Below are positions 16,328 through 20,000 of a stretch of DNA of 20,000 nucleotides, one piece after another. Made by a program: the position numbers and the translations under genes. Source of the stretch: Craspedostauros australis. Lineage: Eukaryota. Where the stretch lies: the NCBI GenBank assembly GCA_030167865.1, contig JALAGF010005407.1:45962-65961 (forward strand), in the 5' to 3' direction. Each line of letters opens with the position of its first letter. Positions within the stretch are counted from its first letter, which is position 1. The notes beneath the pieces were generated by a model. That model ran no database searches. It was not told where the DNA came from and saw only the letters and a list, made by a program, of their open reading frames with translations.

Positions 16328-18346
16328 ATGGACCCGCATCGTCAACAAACAACGAACTCAACCTCCTCCAGTGACACAGACAACTCCGACGCGCCTTCGC
16401 TAGCAGAAGAGCCCGAGGTCGCACTCTCCGAGACCGCAGCCGACGCTCCTGTCCCTCCTCTCGGACGACAACAACAACAAGCGGAGACCGCAGCCGACGC
16501 ACTCGTCCCTCCTCTCCAGCCACCTGAACAAGTCGAGACCGCAGCCGACATCACTGTCCCTCCTCTCGCACAACAACAACCTGAGACCGCAACACCTGCC
16601 TCTCTTCATCAACAACCTGCAGCGACTGAGACCGCTCAAGCAGCCTCTTCTCCTGCACCTCAAGAGACAGCACAGGACCCAGGCGGACGCGCCTCTCCTT
16701 CTGTTTCAACAACAACAACAACAACACGAGCTGCACAGGACACCAGCACACAGGCAGCTGGCGTCTTCGCACAGCAACCACAACTTCCGCGTGACAGAAC
16801 TCCTCTTCGGACAGAACCGGAACTTCTTCCGGCAGAAGGCGATATTCTGGACTTAACCTTGGACACTTTTGAATCCCAAGCCCTTGAGGAACTCCAGTCA
16901 GCCCTCGCAGATCCTGGCAACATTCGTCCTGGCATTCTTGCTGACACAAATCTCACTGTCGAAATTCCTGCTGACGTCACTGACACAGTAACCGGTGAAA
17001 CCGCCATTCCAACTGTTCGCGCGACCCACGTTTCGGCCTCATCCACGACTCGACCAAGGATGTCACGTTTCAGCGCGGACCCCGATGATGCGGCCACCCG
17101 AGCCAACAACCGTATCCTCATTACCAAGGAAGAACGCGCTGCACTCGAAGGCAAGGACCGCACCAAGGTCAGAGAACAAGCCGTTGAGCCTCTCGAGCCG
17201 CTCTTTGTGATGGTGAACCAAACCACTGCCATCAATGACAACAAGTTCCTCGAAAAGAACTATGACTTCGCCCGACTCAAGGAAAACCTCCGCAATCGAC
17301 TCAAGATGTACTCAATGTACGAGCCATTCCAAATCATTCCATCCACTCGGAACGAGGCCGGGGATCTTGACTTCGATCGAAGCGCCGCAGACGATACCTT
17401 CATTGATCTGCTGGACAACGCATTCACGCTCGACCAAGACGTTGTACTCCGTTCTACCGAGATCTACGCTCTCTTTGGTGGGAAAGTCAATCAGCAGAAC
17501 CTCCAATGGTCGCTTGAGCTTATCCTTTCCTCTTGTGACGACTCTCTCATCGAAGCCATTGCTGCTCGCATGCAACAGATCCCGGAGGAGCTCCGCACAG
17601 GACCAATGGCCTACTACTTTATGGAATGCATCGCCGCAAGGACAACATCTGAAACTGCTCGAGCCATCACGAACAAGATCGCTCAGTTCCGGATGACCAA
17701 CATCAAAAGCCAAAACATCGAAACATTCTGCCAGATCATGAGAGCAGCCATTCATCGAATCAAAGCCTCACCACTTGGGATTCCAGCCGACATGAACGAC
17801 ATGCTCTTGAAGGTCATCAGGACCTGCACAAACAAACCCTTCGTCGATTACTTCAACATGCGTGAAGCTGCACTCGACGCAACTGGCAATGACCCTTTCA
17901 CTTGGGAGCAAATCCTCGAAATGGCTCTGAAGAAGTACACCAGCCTCATNNNNNNNNNNNNNNNNNNNNNNNNNNNNNNNNNNNNNNNNNNNNNNNNNNN
18001 NNNNNNNNNNNNNNNNNNNNNNNNNNNNNNNNNNNNNNNNNNNNNNNNNNNNNNNNNNNNNNNNNNNNNNGGAGGTCAGCCCATCGACTACACGCCTCCA
18101 AAGCAGGGCGAGGCACACGAGCGCATCACCCACGGCAAGACTGAATACTGGTGTGACCATGAAACCTGCAAACGATGGGGCAACCATCCAACCAACGGAC
18201 ACGACGACTTCGTCTCTCGCCAACGCAACCGTCGCGGCCGAGGCAGAAAGGGATCCTCAAACAACTCCAACAAGCAAGCGGAACCAAAGGGCAACGACGA
18301 CGAAACTCGCAAGCTTTTGAGATTCTCGGAACAAGAGGGTTTTTAA
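16328..18346 (+). CDS. gag: Gag (interrupted by a 121-N gap at 17950-18070)
   Basis: Long ORF after the PBS: low-complexity N-terminus, helical capsid-like middle, C-terminal YWCDHETCKRWGNHPTNGH knuckle and basic RNRRGRGRK patch. ATG 16328 is chosen over 16196; the start is uncertain. Confidence 0.8.
   Translation: MDPHRQQTTNSTSSSDTDNSDAPSLAEEPEVALSETAADAPVPPLGRQQQQAETAADALVPPLQPPEQVETAADITVPPLAQQQPETATPASLHQQPAATETAQAASSPAPQETAQDPGGRASPSVSTTTTTTRAAQDTSTQAAGVFAQQPQLPRDRTPLRTEPELLPAEGDILDLTLDTFESQALEELQSALADPGNIRPGILADTNLTVEIPADVTDTVTGETAIPTVRATHVSASSTTRPRMSRFSADPDDAATRANNRILITKEERAALEGKDRTKVREQAVEPLEPLFVMVNQTTAINDNKFLEKNYDFARLKENLRNRLKMYSMYEPFQIIPSTRNEAGDLDFDRSAADDTFIDLLDNAFTLDQDVVLRSTEIYALFGGKVNQQNLQWSLELILSSCDDSLIEAIAARMQQIPEELRTGPMAYYFMECIAARTTSETARAITNKIAQFRMTNIKSQNIETFCQIMRAAIHRIKASPLGIPADMNDMLLKVIRTCTNKPFVDYFNMREAALDATGNDPFTWEQILEMALKKYTSLXXXXXXXXXXXXXXXXXXXXXXXXXXXXXXXXXXXXXXXXXGGQPIDYTPPKQGEAHERITHGKTEYWCDHETCKRWGNHPTNGHDDFVSRQRNRRGRGRKGSSNNSNKQAEPKGNDDETRKLLRFSEQEGF
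16430..16663 (+). repeat. Degenerate in-frame tandem repeat in gag (ETAADxxVPPLxQQQ)
   Basis: Units begin GAGACCGC at 16430, 16484, 16535, 16583 and 16628 (lengths 54, 51, 48, 45, 36 nt). Confidence 0.9.
18337..18343 (+). promoter_or_regulatory. -1 ribosomal frameshift slippery heptamer G_GGT_TTT
   Basis: X_XXY_YYZ in the gag frame immediately before the gag TAA. The pol ORF is in the -1 frame (GGG TTT TTA AAG). Confidence 0.75.
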
Positions 18347-20000
18347 AGGCAGCTTTCATTGTCGTAAGTCCGATCCTGCTATTCCCGTCTCTCCTCTGGC
18401 ACCTGCTCGCATCCACATTCACAACATACGTCCTGGCATTGTCTGCCAACTGTCACCAAACCTTCAACCACGTCAACATCATGCGCGGACGCAAGAACTA
18501 CCGAGTCTGTCGCTCCAAAGCACCACCGACCATATTCGCCTCTACCCAACGTATGAGGATGGGCTTCTGGAGTCGTCTCTTCCTTCTATCCGCTGTGATG
18601 ATCCCATCGACGACGCTATTCTTCCTCTCAACTCTCACTACCGATCGCTGGAAACACCCACAACGCATTTACAACAAACACCAGCCTCTCGACTATGATC
18701 AACTGCTCTTTGGCGATGGATGGAACGACGAGCACGCACGCAAGAACGACCCGCTATCAGCTCGCTTCCTTCATCTCTCCGGATTCCATGATGAGTTTGA
18801 CTCATTCATGATGAACCGACGCATTGTCGCAGATGCTCAACAACGCGCAATGTCTCTACCTCCGTCTCAACCAAAGCACTGCTTTTCGATCACTCCATCT
18901 TTCTTCACCCTTCAGTCAGATAAACTTCGATCACAGGTGCAAGCCGTCTCCTATCTGGCCTCCACTGCCTATGAAGCATCCAAAGCACCGAACTTTATGG
19001 ACGTTCTCGTCTCCCGTCACTACCATACTCCCAGTCTCACCAACAAACGCGCCATGTGTCCCATTATCCTCGACACTGGGTGCTCATTCTCCATGACATA
19101 TCGAAAGGAGGATTTCATAACGGGACCACATCTCGGTAACTTCGGGGACATCCAAACAGCAAGCGGCAAACTTCAAATCTCTGGCATAGGCACTGTCCAA
19201 TGGCAAGTGCTATCCCTGAATGGAAACATCGCACCTGTCCGAACCAGAGCACATTACGTGGAGGAAGCACACATCCGCCTCTTCTCTCCGCAAGCCTACG
19301 CTCAATACCACAGCATCAAGACCGATCGCCAACCCTATTACGGAGACACGGAATCCTTCTCATTCGAGTTGGAGGATGGCAGCGTAATGAACTGTCCTAT
19401 CCATCCATTCACGAATATTNNNNNNNNNNNNNNNNNNNNNNNNNNNNNNNNNNNNNNNNNNNNNNNNNNGACATCCAAACAGCAAGCGGCAAACTTCAAA
19501 TCTCTGGCATAGGCACTGTCCAATGGCAAGTGCTATCCCTGAATGGAAACATCGCACCTGTCCGAACCAGAGCACATTACGTGGAGGAAGCACACATCCG
19601 CCTCTTCTCTCCGCAAGCCTACGCTCAATACCACAGCATCAAGACCGATCGCCAACCNNNNNNNNNNNNNNNNNNNNNNNNNNNNNNNNNGTTGGAGGAT
19701 GGCAGCGTAATGAACTGTCCTATCCATCCATTCACGAATATTCCGACCGCATTGGCGCGCGATCCTCAACACCAACTCGCAGACAAACCGGATGCAATAC
19801 CCTGCCGATGCAAGTCTCACACTTGTTTTGAGTGCCAAATCACCCACGCTCTTCCATCCGTTCTCTCACCTGCAAACGAGAACCTCACCGCAAATCAGAA
19901 ACAGCTGCTACTGGACCATCAACGCTTCGGACATCTCGGAATGGATCATGTGAAACAACTTTATCGACTTACACGCAGAGTAAGACGTCTCTCCGGACCT
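18337..20000 (+). CDS. pol: Pol polyprotein, N-terminal part (transframe region, aspartic protease, start of integrase); frame broken only by gaps and the duplication
   Basis: PIILDTGCSFSMT (DTG 19072-19080), ISGIGTVQW, AHYVEEAHIRLFSPQ. After the gaps: ENLTANQKQLLLDHQRFGHLGMDHVKQL (HQRFGH 19917-19934). Open to the window end. Confidence 0.85.
19147..19742 (+). repeat. 273-bp direct duplication (19147-19419 / 19470-19742) flanking a 50-N gap; probable assembly overlap artefact
   Basis: The sequences match at a constant offset of 323 on both sides of the internal 33-N gap. Confidence 0.9.

Larger units (their letters stand above)
15892..20000 (+). mobile_element. Ty1/Copia LTR retrotransposon (CoDi-like), 5' portion; continues past the window
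   Basis: PBS, gag with Zn knuckle, aspartic protease DTG, then the integrase N-terminal HxRxGH motif directly after protease (Copia order PR-IN). The left boundary is tentative. Confidence 0.88.

Noticed and set aside
16430..16663. CRISPR-like repeat-spacer array
   Set aside because: The repeats are degenerate, codon-phased and inside gag; there are no cas genes and the context is eukaryotic.
19510..19512. Premature stop in pol (pseudogene)
   Set aside because: It arises only from the frame offset caused by the N gap and the duplicated segment.
3199..20000. RdRP plus retrotransposon as a linked silencing or defence unit
   Set aside because: Two unrelated genes separate them and nothing in the sequence links them.

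Overview
Eukaryotic, gene-dense window. The gene families and the Copia element style suggest a diatom or other stramenopile; this is inference. It holds five main units. (1) A 5'-truncated class C/GABA-B-like GPCR gene (+) with one clear 308-bp GT-AG intron. (2) A cellular RNA-dependent RNA polymerase (RNAi-type, DLDGD) gene (-) with an unrecognised N-terminal domain and a long disordered basic/acidic tail. (3) A ~1690-aa GlmS-like protein (-): class II glutamine amidotransferase plus SIS, with the catalytic Cys buried behind an N-terminal membrane domain carrying site-2-protease-like HExxH/AG/D motifs, plus a TM hairpin, an EF-hand pair and an IQ-like helix. This is the best candidate for an undescribed system. 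(4) A CmcJ/AsaB/NvfI-type Fe(II)/2-oxoglutarate oxygenase (-). (5) The 5' half of a Ty1/Copia LTR retrotransposon (+), placed head-to-head just upstream of that gene. It has a half-tRNAiMet PBS, gag ending in a G_GGT_TTT_TAA -1 slippery site, a hydrophobic transframe region, protease and the start of integrase. A 273-bp exact duplication across an N gap in pol is most likely an assembly artefact.
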